64,000 nucleotides of DNA from Treponemataceae bacterium. Lineage in GTDB: Bacteria; Spirochaetota; Spirochaetia; Treponematales; Rectinemataceae. Below the pieces are notes generated by a model that worked only from the letters and a program-made list of their open reading frames with translations, was not told where the DNA came from and did not search any database. The position numbers and the translations under genes were made by a program. Position 1 is the first letter of the stretch, and each line of letters starts with the position of its first letter. The DNA lies in the NCBI GenBank assembly GCA_963667725.2, contig CAXXHO010000003.1:64001-128000 (forward strand), read 5' to 3'. Below, piece after piece: positions 1 to 9,898 of this stretch.

Positions 1-1177
1 GCTCGAAGGCGAACTGCAGAATCTTCATGCCCGGAAAACCCAGACGCGTCCGCAGTTCCTGCACCTCGGAAGTCATGAAGCCCAGATCCTCGGCGATGAT
101 CGGCAGATCGCCCAGCTCGGCTTCGATCGCCTCGAACAAGGCAAGCCCCGGCCCCTTCTCCCATCGCCCGGCAGCAGCCGTATCGTCGCCCGCCGGTACC
201 GCCCAGTAATCCACGAACCCCCTGAAATGGTCGATACGCAGAATATCCACAAGCTCGAGCGATGCCCTTATCCTTGAAATCCACCAGGCATAGCCTTCTT
301 TCTCGTTAGCCTTCCAGTCGTAGAGAGGATTTCCCCAGAGCTGGCCAGTCTCGGTGAAATAATCCGGCGGAACCCCGGCGACTTTCTCGGGCTTACCCGA
401 TTCGTCCAGGAGGAAAAGTTCGGGATGGGCCCATGTGTCGGCGCTGTCGTAGGCCGCGAAAATCGGAATGTCGCCGATGATTCTCACGCGCCGTTCGTTC
501 GCGTAGGCGCGCAGCGCGCCCCACTGGCCGTAAAAAAGAAATTGGGCGAATTTGTGCCTTTGCATCCTGTCGGCGTTTGCTCTCCTGAAATCGGCCAACG
601 TTTTTTCTTCTCTCTTTCTCAGGGAAGCCGGCCACCGGTCCCATGATGAGAAGTTGCGCGATTCCTTTATGGCCGAGAACAGGGCGAAATCGTCGAGCCA
701 AAAGGCTTTTTGCTGCGAAAAGGTCGCGAATTCCGCCGCCAGGTCAGGGTTCCCGGCGCCGATTTTCCCGCCGGTCCCGGAGGCGGCCTCGGAGCCGCCT
801 CCAAGGCCGCTGCCTGCCTTAAAATTCTCCCAAGCCCTGTCGATAAGCCGGTTCTTTTCCAGAAAAAGCCTGCCGAAATCGATCCGTCCCGTGTTCGGCG
901 TCCTGCATGCTGCCGCCTCTTCGGGACTCAGCAGCCCCAGCGCCGCCAGCTCATCGGGATCGATGAAGTAGAGATTGCCGGCGAAAGCGGACAGGCATTG
1001 GTATGGTGAATCGCCGTAGCCCGTCGGTCCCAGCGGAAGAATCTGCCAGAGCCCCACGCCTGCTCCGGCCAGGAAATCTATGAAATTTCTCGCTTCCCTC
1101 CCAAGCGTTCCTATGCCGAAAGGTCCCGGCAGGGAACTGGGGTGGAGGAGAACGCCCGCGCTTCGCTGAAAATTCAT
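1..1177 (-). CDS. malQ: 4-alpha-glucanotransferase (amylomaltase, GH77), C-terminus runs off the window
   Basis: Not in the ORF track. Manual minus-strand reading from ATG 1177 gives MNFQRSAGVLLHPSSLPGPFGIGTLG..WQILPLGPTGYGDSPYQCLSAFAGN..GDIPIF..AGVPPDYFTETGQLWGNPLY..RIDHFRGF, which are GH77 motifs. Confidence 0.95.
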   Translation of the reverse strand, partial: MNFQRSAGVLLHPSSLPGPFGIGTLGREARNFIDFLAGAGVGLWQILPLGPTGYGDSPYQCLSAFAGNLYFIDPDELAALGLLSPEEAAACRTPNTGRIDFGRLFLEKNRLIDRAWENFKAGSGLGGGSEAASGTGGKIGAGNPDLAAEFATFSQQKAFWLDDFALFSAIKESRNFSSWDRWPASLRKREEKTLADFRRANADRMQRHKFAQFLFYGQWGALRAYANERRVRIIGDIPIFAAYDSADTWAHPELFLLDESGKPEKVAGVPPDYFTETGQLWGNPLYDWKANEKEGYAWWISRIRASLELVDILRIDHFRGFVDYWAVPAGDDTAAAGRWEKGPGLALFEAIEAELGDLPIIAEDLGFMTSEVQELRTRLGFPGMKILQFAFE

Positions 1178-1182
1178 GTCGC

Positions 1183-2052
1183 CTAACCTTTTACGGCGCC
1201 GGCCGCGATGCCCTTGATTATGTATTTCTGCAGGGACAAGTAGAAAATGATGATCGGTGTCGCCGATAGCACGAGGGAAGCCGTGAGAGGGCCGTATTCC
1301 TTCAGGAACTGTCCGTAGAACTGCATCTGCGCCAGCTGTATCGTCCCCTGCTTTATCACGAGGAGGGGCAGGAGGAAGTCGTTCCATATCCAGAGCGCGT
1401 CCAGAATCGCGATGGTCGCCGTTATCGGCTTCAGCAGCGGGAACACGATCCTGAAGAAAATGTAGCTCGTCCCCGCCCCGTCGATGGCCGCCGATTCCTC
1501 CAGCTCCCTCGGCACGCCCTTGATGAAACCGTGGTACATGAAGACGGCCATCGGCGCGCCCAAGCCCCAATACAGGACGACAATGCCCGCCGGATTCGTG
1601 AGGTGAAGGTCGGAGGCTAAAACGGCCAGCGGCACCATGATGATCTGGAAGGGGATCACGAGGGCGAAGGCGAACAGCGAATAGATAAGCCATGAATAGC
1701 GTTTTTCCGTCCGCGCCAGCATCCAGGCCGCCATAGAGCTCGTCAACACTATCCCCGCCACGCCGGCAGCGGAAATCAGGAAGGTGGTCGCTACCACCCT
1801 GGGGAATTCCATAACCTTCCATGCCTTGATGAAGTTGTCGAGAAACAGCTTCGAAGGCAGGGCGAGCGGCTTGAGCATGATTTCCGCGTCCGGTTTCAGG
1901 GCGCTCATCAGCACGAAGAGCGCGGGATAGATGTAGAGGAAACCGAAGATGATCATGAAGGCTTCCAGGAAGTGCAGCGGCCGCAAACGCCACCGAGGCC
2001 GCTGCGGCTGCCAAGACCGCCGTCGCAGTCGAGCCTCCAGCGTGGATTTCAC
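1183..2052 (-). CDS. carbohydrate ABC transporter permease (MalG-like)
   Basis: EAA loop ELEESAAIDGA and WIWNDFLLPL. Start moved to GTG 2052, which overlaps the upstream TGA. Confidence 0.9.
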   Translation of the reverse strand: MKSTLEARLRRRSWQPQRPRWRLRPLHFLEAFMIIFGFLYIYPALFVLMSALKPDAEIMLKPLALPSKLFLDNFIKAWKVMEFPRVVATTFLISAAGVAGIVLTSSMAAWMLARTEKRYSWLIYSLFAFALVIPFQIIMVPLAVLASDLHLTNPAGIVVLYWGLGAPMAVFMYHGFIKGVPRELEESAAIDGAGTSYIFFRIVFPLLKPITATIAILDALWIWNDFLLPLLVIKQGTIQLAQMQFYGQFLKEYGPLTASLVLSATPIIIFYLSLQKYIIKGIAAGAVKG

Positions 2053-3581
2053 AGCTGCACCTCCTTTCGCTTCATGATGATGAGCTGAGCGCCCGTCAGG
2101 AGGAGAATGGCCAGGAAGAGCAGGGTGGCCTTGGCTGTGGCCAGCCCGGCTAACTTGCGCGCGAAGGCGTCGAAGAAGATGTCCATGACGAAGGGGACGG
2201 TTCCCACCGCGTAGCCCGAGGTTCCCACCATGGCATAGACGAGATCGAAGCATTTGAGGGCGTTGGCGATGGAAATGAAGAAGCACACGGTGAAGGCCGG
2301 CATGAGGAGAGGTAGCGTTATGCGTTTTAGTCTGTTCCAGAAACCCGCGCCGTCAATCATCGCCGCCTCTATCACGTCGGGCGGAATGTTCTGCAGACCC
2401 GCGAGGTACACGACCATGTAATAGCCAGCGGCCTGCCACACAGAAACGCCGACCAGAAGCCAGGGAGCCTTGGACGAATCGCTCATCCACGTCTGAATGC
2501 CCGTCAGCCTCGGCAGGAGATGAAAAAAAATAAAGGACCATATCAAGGCGACTACGATCATGGACAGAACGTTGGGCAGAAAGAACACCGAGCGCAGTAC
2601 GTTGCGCGATTTTATCTTCCTGTCCAGCGCCATCGCTATCCAGAAGGCGAGGAGGTTGGCGAGGACGACGTTGCCCACGGCAAAGAAAATCGTGAAGCCG
2701 ATGACGCCGAGGTCGAATTTCTTAGCCGTCCATGTCGAGGCGAGGAGGGTCTTGAACCTGCCTATCTCGAAGAGCCTGTCGGCGTTCCGGTCGATGCCCG
2801 CTTTCTCAATATCCGAAAAGGGCGCCATAACCGCGAGCGCCTTCGCCACGAAAGCCTGAACGGCGGCCTCGAGAGCCGCCCTGTCCTGGGCGAGGCCCGC
2901 CTTCTTGGCCGATGCGAGGAAATCGTCCACGGCTCCCGAATCGAGATCGCCCGACTCCACCTGGGGCAGGGTCCAGAAAGCGTCCTCCACGACGAATTCG
3001 TCCATATCCGGCGCAAGACGGTACGCGCCGCCATCCGCCACGTAAAATTTGGCCGCCAAAGCCGCGCTCTGAGCATTCAGCTTGGCGAGGAAATTCTTCT
3101 CGTAGCTTGCGGTTTCCACTTCGGCGGGCAGGGCTGAATTGGCGTTGAAGTAATTCTCCTGAAAGGCTCGCGGGTAAAAACGTTGATCGACTTCGCCCGT
3201 AAAGATGGACCTGTAATTCTCGACGCCCACATCCCTGTATTTATCGGGCGCGTATCCCGCGGCTTTGAGGATTCCCTCTAGCCTGTAGCGCTTCAGACCC
3301 GAAATCGACAGCCGCGCGTACTGTTCCCCGGCCGCGTCCAGCTCGTACAGCGAAAGCAGAAATTCGCGGTCAGGCGCCCTTTTAACCTTGCTAAGGATCT
3401 TGGCCTCGAACTCGGCCTTGTCCATGCTTATCGGCGTTTTCGGCGTCAGCCCATCCCAGTTCGTCGTGGATATCCGCAAGCCCTGGCCGAAAGGCAGGAG
3501 AAAGAAGAGGGCATAGAGCAATAGAGCCGGCGCGACGAATAGAATGAAATTCATCCGTCGCGCGGAAGATTTTTGAACCAT
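2049..3581 (-). CDS. carbohydrate ABC transporter permease (MalF-like) with a large extracytoplasmic insertion
   Basis: FFLPNVLS and YLAGLQNIPPDVIEAAMIDGA motifs; about 240 hydrophilic residues follow TNWDG. Confidence 0.9.
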   Translation of the reverse strand: MVQKSSARRMNFILFVAPALLLYALFFLLPFGQGLRISTTNWDGLTPKTPISMDKAEFEAKILSKVKRAPDREFLLSLYELDAAGEQYARLSISGLKRYRLEGILKAAGYAPDKYRDVGVENYRSIFTGEVDQRFYPRAFQENYFNANSALPAEVETASYEKNFLAKLNAQSAALAAKFYVADGGAYRLAPDMDEFVVEDAFWTLPQVESGDLDSGAVDDFLASAKKAGLAQDRAALEAAVQAFVAKALAVMAPFSDIEKAGIDRNADRLFEIGRFKTLLASTWTAKKFDLGVIGFTIFFAVGNVVLANLLAFWIAMALDRKIKSRNVLRSVFFLPNVLSMIVVALIWSFIFFHLLPRLTGIQTWMSDSSKAPWLLVGVSVWQAAGYYMVVYLAGLQNIPPDVIEAAMIDGAGFWNRLKRITLPLLMPAFTVCFFISIANALKCFDLVYAMVGTSGYAVGTVPFVMDIFFDAFARKLAGLATAKATLLFLAILLLTGAQLIIMKRKEVQL

Positions 3582-3591
3582 CGGTGTTCGG

Positions 3592-4824
3592 CTACTTTTT
3601 TCTGTTCGCCGCCCACTGCTTGTCGATGTCGGCGATCACGGCCTCGGCTGTCTTCTTGTTGAAAACATACTGCTGGGCGCCGTTCTTGCACGCGTCCTCG
3701 AACACCGCGGTCGGATAGGAGGCGAATGCCCAGGGATAGGCGCCGTTCTTCTCGACGCCGCTCATCAAATCGACGAAGGGACCGCCGAGCTTGGACACAT
3801 CGGCGCCCTTGAACGACAGCGTGAGCTTGTAGTCTTCCACCCATATCTTCTGAGCCTGGGGCGTGGCCAGCCACTCGAGGAACTTGAGGGCCGCCGCCTT
3901 CTTGTCGGCGGGGGACTGGGCGGACACTCCGAAGCAGGAATCCACGTCGGCGTAGAACTTGTTCATCTTGGCATCGTTGAAAACGGGGAAGGGCGCGAAG
4001 CCGCAGTTGAGTTTGGGGTTCGTTCCTATGGCGGCGCCATAGGACCAAAGTCCCTGCACCATAATCGCCGCCTTGCCTTCGGCGAAAGCCGCCTGCTGCT
4101 CGTTCCAGTTCCATTCCTCGGCGTTCTTGTCCATGTTCGCTCGATAGAAGTCGATCACGGAGAAGAGCTTGTCGGTGTCCACGACGCCATAGCTTGTCTT
4201 TCCGGCGTTCATGTCGGCCACGAATTTGGCTGGCGCGATCTTCTTTTCGGCGAGGAGATTGGTATGGACGAGGGTGATGAAGTGTCCCATCGACCAGTTT
4301 TCCTTCAGAAGACCGGCGAAGGGCGTCACATTGTTCGTCCGCAGCGTCCGGGCGATCCTCTCCAGATCGCGGTAGGTGGCGGGAGGCTGGAGCCCGAATT
4401 TCGCGAAAATGTCCTTGTTGTAGATGATGCCGATCCCGGCGAAATCCATCGGCAGACCCCATAGTTTGCCGTTCCAGGTGACCGATGGTTTCGCGCTGTC
4501 GACTACTTTGCCCAGCACAGGCTGTTTGCCAAGGTCAACCAAATAGCCCTTCTCCGCGTATTCGGCGACGCGGGAATAAGATTGCATCTGCAGGATATCG
4601 GGCAGCTTGCCCTGGGCGGCGCGCGCCGACATCGTGGCGTCGGCGTCGTTCGGCACGATCAGCATATCGATCGATATGCCCGGATTTTCCTTCACGAACT
4701 GGGCCACGAGCTTCTTGAGCCCTTCCTGATTTTCCTGTTTATAGTAGTACAGCTCGAGTTTCTGGGCCTGTACCATTCCGGCCAAAGCGAAGAGCACGAG
4801 GAGAAGGGATAGGATTCTCTTCAT
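3592..4824 (-). CDS. sugar ABC transporter substrate-binding protein
   Basis: Signal peptide MKRILSLLLVLFALAGMVQAQ; GKLPDI, GIIYNKDIF and FAEGKAAIMVQGLW motifs; GGAGG upstream of ATG 4824. Confidence 0.9.
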   Translation of the reverse strand: MKRILSLLLVLFALAGMVQAQKLELYYYKQENQEGLKKLVAQFVKENPGISIDMLIVPNDADATMSARAAQGKLPDILQMQSYSRVAEYAEKGYLVDLGKQPVLGKVVDSAKPSVTWNGKLWGLPMDFAGIGIIYNKDIFAKFGLQPPATYRDLERIARTLRTNNVTPFAGLLKENWSMGHFITLVHTNLLAEKKIAPAKFVADMNAGKTSYGVVDTDKLFSVIDFYRANMDKNAEEWNWNEQQAAFAEGKAAIMVQGLWSYGAAIGTNPKLNCGFAPFPVFNDAKMNKFYADVDSCFGVSAQSPADKKAAALKFLEWLATPQAQKIWVEDYKLTLSFKGADVSKLGGPFVDLMSGVEKNGAYPWAFASYPTAVFEDACKNGAQQYVFNKKTAEAVIADIDKQWAANRKK

Positions 4825-4834
4825 AAATTCCTCC

Positions 4835-4852
4835 ATGTAAACCGATTTACAT
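4835..4852. promoter_or_regulatory. probable LacI/GalR-family operator
   Basis: Near-perfect palindrome ATGTAAACCGATTTACAT with central CG, located between the -10 box and the RBS of the sugar operon. Confidence 0.75.
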
Positions 4853-4854
4853 AA

Positions 4855-4882
4855 AGTGTATCATGAAGGCTAAGGTTGTCAA
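4855..4882 (-). promoter_or_regulatory. sigma70-type promoter of the sugar ABC/malQ operon
   Basis: TTGACA-N16-TACACT with TGn extension on the minus strand. Confidence 0.6.
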
Positions 4883-4904
4883 GTGAGAAAAATTAAAGTG
4901 GCGG

Positions 4905-5882
4905 TTACTGCGCGGTCACCGTAAAGGAGATGGAATCCGAATACTGGCCGGCTGTGTAATCTTGGATGTTCCCTACAGTGATCGACGCCGCGTACTCACG
5001 TGTGCCTGTTCCAGTGGGGCGTTCCATCGATGCGACCGTGTAGGGAGCGCTACTCACCGTGATCGGCGATCCGCCGATAGTAAAAGTGTAGGGGATTGTC
5101 TCGGTGACATTGGCGTTAACATGTTTGAGTTCGCCGCCATGTCCGGTCGGGGAACTCACGCTCAGCGAGTAGCGGAAATTGGATTTTACGCTCACCCTGA
5201 AGCTGCTGGTCGTCGTCGACGCCACATCGTTGAAGACTACCGATGAGATTGTCGTGCTTCCGGATGTGCCTGAAAGGAAGCCAATCGTCGCCGAGGGGGC
5301 CACGACGAATTTGATATAGACCGTCTGCGTATCAACGGGCTGCGTACTAGGATTTCTGTAAGATCTGAAGCGCTCGTTTCGGACTCGGAAGGTGATCGGA
5401 AGTTGATAAGTCCCCGCCGACAGCGAGGAATTGTTCCAGAAGACCGCGTAATACTGGAATGATGTGGTGGAACCGACAGTCGCGGATCCATTTGGAAATG
5501 CGTAGGTATACACATTGCTGCTACCGACGCCGATGTCCGATCCCCACATTTTTATGACATTCCCGCTGGTGGATTGGCTAAAGAAGACTTCAGAGTTGTC
5601 TATATACGTCGAGCTGTCACTACTCGTCCCTATATAAATCCAATCGGAGTTGCGAGGGTAGGGAGAGTCGGCTTTCGGGGAGAGGTCCACGGTGATATTC
5701 GTTACCGTGGAATAGTTTTTAGTCACGGTGATAGTACCCGTGACCCAGGTTGGGGTTCCCGCGTTGTCGTAGATGACGATGGCTGGGCTCTCTGCCGAAA
5801 GCAGAACGGTCTGCGCCCCCGCTGTCCAGGTCGCTGTCGCGATCATCATCGCGATTAGCAAATACTTTTTATATATGGTCAT
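4905..5882 (-). CDS. putative two-domain fimbrial tip adhesin
   Basis: Signal peptide, S/T-rich beta sequence, internal AGTYQLPITFRV and terminal AGQYSDSISFTVTAQ pilin-type strand; last gene after the usher; AGGAG before ATG 5882. Confidence 0.7.
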   Translation of the reverse strand: MTIYKKYLLIAMMIATATWTAGAQTVLLSAESPAIVIYDNAGTPTWVTGTITVTKNYSTVTNITVDLSPKADSPYPRNSDWIYIGTSSDSSTYIDNSEVFFSQSTSGNVIKMWGSDIGVGSSNVYTYAFPNGSATVGSTTSFQYYAVFWNNSSLSAGTYQLPITFRVRNERFRSYRNPSTQPVDTQTVYIKFVVAPSATIGFLSGTSGSTTISSVVFNDVASTTTSSFRVSVKSNFRYSLSVSSPTGHGGELKHVNANVTETIPYTFTIGGSPITVSSAPYTVASMERPTGTGTREYAASITVGNIQDYTAGQYSDSISFTVTAQ

Positions 5883-5956
5883 AACAGCTCCTTGCCCGCA
5901 TTTCATACTTAAAATAAGCCCATTCCCCCAAATAGACAATATGCTTGCCCATCGGT

Positions 5957-8440
5957 TCACCCTCCCGAACCGATGGTCGCGACGACGTCGCCCAATTCAA
6001 GTGTTCCATCGGGCGCATCCGTGAGCGTGAGAACCGTCGTACCAATGGCGTCCGGCCAGAGTATCTTGTACTCGCCTGGAGAAAGTCCGTAGATTTGGAA
6101 ATAGCCGGTATCGTCGGTGAAGGTCTGATCCGAGAACGATCCATCCGATTTCTCGACATCACCCGCCGTGTAGGTAATCGGGTCGCCTGCTTCGTTGACC
6201 AGCCTGCCTGTCACATAGAATCGTTTCTCGAGTCCCGCCTTGAAGAGGAAGCCAGTTCGATACCCCGAGGAAAGGGCGATTTGCGGTATCGTCGCCGATA
6301 CGTCGGCATCGGCTTCCGGGAAGTCCATGGAGGCACGCGCTTGATGATAGGAACTGAGCGGGGATGCCACTGGCGTTCCATAGCTCATGAACTTTGTTCC
6401 CGAATCGACGGCGAAGGCTACCGCCATGCCTTTTGTGGACTTGTCCGGATTGAAGATGATGAAGGAATCATAGATAGGTTTCGAAATCGCGAAAGACCCG
6501 TCAGCGAACGCGAGCGCCGTTGCCAAGCCCAGGTTAACGGTGCCCATCGGAGACGCGAGCTTGGAGCCGTAGCTTATGCCGCTGCCTCCCGAAACTGAGA
6601 AATAGGGCGTACTGAAACCGGAACTGATAGAGATCGAGGATGGGTCGTCCACGCCTCCCGCCAGATTGGTTCCCTGTATCCCAAATCCTATACCCCCGAG
6701 CGGTGGATAGACATCGCTATAGGTAACCGTATTGCCCCCTTCCGCCGACTGAGTCAGCCCGATCTGTCTTCCGGATTTCTGCGGATCCGAGGCGGTGAGG
6801 GAGAACGACGCTGTCAACGCGGGGCTTTTGCCTGTGGCAAATTCCATACCTGAACTGATGCTGAATGACGCGTTCTTGGCGGTGGAGAACCCAAGATTGA
6901 GAGAAGCGACTCCTCTGTCGGCTACGGTGCCCGTCAGCGTACGATTCCATTGGCCCGAGAGCCCAAAGGAGATATTCTTTGAAATTGATCCGCCGATGCT
7001 GCCCGACACGTTCACGTAGGCTTCGGGCAGGACGACCGTGGAGAGAGGTTGCGGCGCGGTGAATCCCTCCGAAGCGTAGGCGAAGGAGAGCCCGAAGGCT
7101 GGGGTGCTGGTCTTCCCTGGTTTGGAAAAATGATATTCCATATTCGCGGCGAAGGCTATCGGCTTCGATCGTCCATCCCAGGCGTAGAGGGAATTGGCGC
7201 CCAGTATGAACCCGCCAATATCGGTGCCTACCACAGCGCCCAGCCCTGCAAGCAGCGAGCGGCGGTCCGCTTGGAGGTTGGTAGAGAGGGTGAGTGCCGA
7301 GGCAAGGCCGTATCGGAAATAGACTGAAGCGATAGGTTGGTCAATTTCGGAACGTCCCACGCCCGCGGAAAGGCCGTAATCCCATTTACCGCCGACGAGG
7401 AGGCCGGTTTCCGCTGTGATGTATTTGGTTACTGGCTTATAAATCGCGACCCCGTCGTTAGTCTCTCCGTCCTGCACCTCGAGTTCGAACTGATTGAGGC
7501 CATACGCGAAAGGAAGATCGTATATCCTGTAATTGCCCCTATCCAGTTTCAGAACTCTTATGACCGACCCGTTTATCCTGAATCTCACCGTCGAGGGTTT
7601 CTGCAGCGTGAAAGCCACAGAAGGCGAATAATTTCTGTCATAGCGGCTGAAGGTTTCAACATTATGCAGTGATACGCCGTAGATTTCCGGTCTCGATTGC
7701 TGGGCGGTACCTTCGCCCGATATCATTCCGGCATAAAGCCGGCCTTCGATTTTGGGGAAGTCGTAAACTGCGCGGGCGCTGTTCAGCGACCATGAATACG
7801 ATGGGGCCGAATAGGACATCGATCCGCTCGATTCGAGCGCCAGTGACCAGAGGTTGAGAAGACCATCGGCGGTTATTGATACCGGCAATGTGGATCCGGT
7901 ATTTTTTATCGTGGCTGTACCGCTCGCGTTGAAATTGATGACGCCGGCGATAGATGCCGGTTTCAGCCAATTCTTATCTTCAAGGACAGTGTTGGGCGAA
8001 AAATCTAATTCCCTCAGAGAGGAATACTCTCCTGGCGTTACAATGGAGTAGCTGAGCGTTTCCATCTCCCAGACGCCCTTAAGTCCAGCTGCTTCAAGAT
8101 CGGCAATTCCAGCCCATTCCAGCTTCGAGAGAATGATGTTGAATATTCTATCTTGCTGGGTGACTGACAGAGCCTGTGAAAGAGCTTCGTGGAGTACCGA
8201 GACCCTTATGAAAGGATCCTCCATATCTATTTTCGCCTCAACATCGCCGTAGCGTTTTCCGTTGACGTTGAGCGCGACGATAGCTTCGCCCTCCGGAATG
8301 GGATTTAGGTTTTGTTCGAGGGGCAAAATCGCGGAAGACTCTTGCTGCGTGGCTGCGTCCGCTTCGAAAGACCCCGCTATGAGGAGTATCGCGGCGAACA
8401 AAAACGGTAAAAAGCTATTCGATCTCCGCATCGAAGGCAC
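5957..8440 (-). CDS. fimbrial outer-membrane usher
   Basis: 827 aa beta-rich protein; plug-like FTLQKPSTVRFRING..GNYRIYDLPFAYGLNQFELEVQD, GLLVGGKWDYGLSAG, YFRYGL; C-terminal FTDDTGYFQIYGLSPGEY; adjacent to a chaperone. Confidence 0.85.
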   Translation of the reverse strand: MPSMRRSNSFLPFLFAAILLIAGSFEADAATQQESSAILPLEQNLNPIPEGEAIVALNVNGKRYGDVEAKIDMEDPFIRVSVLHEALSQALSVTQQDRIFNIILSKLEWAGIADLEAAGLKGVWEMETLSYSIVTPGEYSSLRELDFSPNTVLEDKNWLKPASIAGVINFNASGTATIKNTGSTLPVSITADGLLNLWSLALESSGSMSYSAPSYSWSLNSARAVYDFPKIEGRLYAGMISGEGTAQQSRPEIYGVSLHNVETFSRYDRNYSPSVAFTLQKPSTVRFRINGSVIRVLKLDRGNYRIYDLPFAYGLNQFELEVQDGETNDGVAIYKPVTKYITAETGLLVGGKWDYGLSAGVGRSEIDQPIASVYFRYGLASALTLSTNLQADRRSLLAGLGAVVGTDIGGFILGANSLYAWDGRSKPIAFAANMEYHFSKPGKTSTPAFGLSFAYASEGFTAPQPLSTVVLPEAYVNVSGSIGGSISKNISFGLSGQWNRTLTGTVADRGVASLNLGFSTAKNASFSISSGMEFATGKSPALTASFSLTASDPQKSGRQIGLTQSAEGGNTVTYSDVYPPLGGIGFGIQGTNLAGGVDDPSSISISSGFSTPYFSVSGGSGISYGSKLASPMGTVNLGLATALAFADGSFAISKPIYDSFIIFNPDKSTKGMAVAFAVDSGTKFMSYGTPVASPLSSYHQARASMDFPEADADVSATIPQIALSSGYRTGFLFKAGLEKRFYVTGRLVNEAGDPITYTAGDVEKSDGSFSDQTFTDDTGYFQIYGLSPGEYKILWPDAIGTTVLTLTDAPDGTLELGDVVATIGSGG

Positions 8441-9167
8441 CCTCGTAGGTTGCTCCTATCACCGCAGCCTCCCAGGGCACGAAAAAAGTTCTCTCCGACA
8501 AGGCCAAAATGTTCTGCCCGTCGATGCCGGCGGCAGCCTCGCCAGAAAACTCCCTCGGGGTCGATCCCGAGCTTTCATTGATACGGATCATAGGATTCGA
8601 GAGAAGGGCATGTTTTGTCCCTTCGTTTTTAACGGTCACCTGAAGTCCGGCTTTTCCGTCCTTCTGGGCGCCGACAGCTTGCGAAAAAATGAGTTTGGGC
8701 GACGCGTTCTTCGGCGTCACGTACAGCGCGGCCACGTAAGTCAGCAGAATGCTCACTCCCGAAGTCGCCGACTTGGTGAAATCGACCGGCAGCTGCTCGG
8801 CGATGACCCTGAAGGCGCTTTCGCTGGCGATGGCGGGACTGCCTCGGTACTGCACCTTGACGTTCTGGGAGCTATTGGCTTTCAGCACCACGCGGGAAGG
8901 GAACACCAAAAAGAGTTTGTCGGCGGGTTCGTTCTTCTCGACGCCGGAAGCGTCGATCGTTCTCGTGGTCACCTTTATGGATACAGCCGTTTGCTGGTCC
9001 GATTCGTTCGTCACTTTATAGGTCATTACGGCGTTCGCGCCCGACGGAGCTATCGACACCGTCATCGGCGAAAAGGAAAACGCGGCTGCCGTGGCAGCCG
9101 CGCTCACCAGAAACACAGCCACAATGATGAATGAACGAAGCTGTTTTGCCGTGTTTACGTTTTTCAT
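8415..9167 (-). CDS. periplasmic fimbrial chaperone (PapD-N-like), copy 1
   Basis: FSFSPM..VFPSRVVLKANSSQNVKVQY..ESAFRVIAEQLP..LYVTP..VKNEGTKHA. Confidence 0.85.
   Translation of the reverse strand: MKNVNTAKQLRSFIIVAVFLVSAAATAAAFSFSPMTVSIAPSGANAVMTYKVTNESDQQTAVSIKVTTRTIDASGVEKNEPADKLFLVFPSRVVLKANSSQNVKVQYRGSPAIASESAFRVIAEQLPVDFTKSATSGVSILLTYVAALYVTPKNASPKLIFSQAVGAQKDGKAGLQVTVKNEGTKHALLSNPMIRINESSGSTPREFSGEAAAGIDGQNILALSERTFFVPWEAAVIGATYEGAFDAEIE
8416..9096. repeat. 681 bp direct repeat, copy 1
   Basis: Matches 10512-11192 (offset 2096); translations in three different frames in the ORF track are identical. Confidence 0.95.
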
Positions 9168-9186
9168 TGCGATCCTCGTAGAAAAA

Positions 9187-9726
9187 TCAGTTTGCAGCGA
9201 CAGTCACGTGGAGAACGTCCTGGTAGTTAGCGGCATCCCAATCGGCACCGGCAGCGATACCAACAACATTCACGCCGTAGACAAATGCCTGGCCGCTCAC
9301 GCCGCCAGTTGTCTTCGCAGTGAACGTCGCGGTGAGCGCAGATCCAGCGCTTATCGGAACTGTTTGCGCGACGATTTTCTCGGCAGCAACCGTTGCAGCG
9401 CTGTTGAACGTGAAGGTGTAGGGGATCGTCGTCACATTCGCGCCGGTAACGTAAGTAGTTCCGTTCCACTGCGTAAGAACGCCCTTTTCCGCATACACTT
9501 TAAACGTCCACGAAGAATGGTTGCTTCGGATCATCGCCGTATCCGAGTCTGACCCGCCGGTCACCACATCGAGAGTACCCAGCGCGAGATTAGGAGCGGA
9601 AAGAATATACACGTGCTTGCCAACATTGGCAGCAACAGTGATATCCTGGCTCTGCGTCGCCGTCTGAGCGCTCACGAAACCGAACCCTGCAAGAACCAAA
9701 AGACCTACGATTACCAACTTTTTCAT
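9187..9726 (-). CDS. fimbrial subunit (spore coat U/Csu-like)
   Basis: Signal peptide, IPYTFTF, terminal AANYQDVLHVTVAAN; close paralogue of 9899-10438. Confidence 0.75.
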   Translation of the reverse strand: MKKLVIVGLLVLAGFGFVSAQTATQSQDITVAANVGKHVYILSAPNLALGTLDVVTGGSDSDTAMIRSNHSSWTFKVYAEKGVLTQWNGTTYVTGANVTTIPYTFTFNSAATVAAEKIVAQTVPISAGSALTATFTAKTTGGVSGQAFVYGVNVVGIAAGADWDAANYQDVLHVTVAAN

Positions 9727-9819
9727 ATGAGACTCCCTTGCTGCCGCGGCTTTGCCGCGACGTACTTTTTTATCAGGGCAGTTCCTTTTAAAGGGAACAG
9801 ACCCTAATTTATTACTTAC

Positions 9820-9848
9820 ATAATACTTATCGGGCTGATGATTGTCAA
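9820..9848 (-). promoter_or_regulatory. sigma70-type promoter of pilin 9187-9726 and downstream genes
   Basis: TTGACA-N17-TATTAT. Confidence 0.7.
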
Positions 9849-9898
9849 TACTGAGAAATTATGAAAAAAGTGACGCTTTTAAAATAGGAACAGGCTTT

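Noticed and set aside
27..1009. Short ORF-track calls at the window start
   Set aside because: All overlap malQ, which the track missed because its stop lies outside the window.
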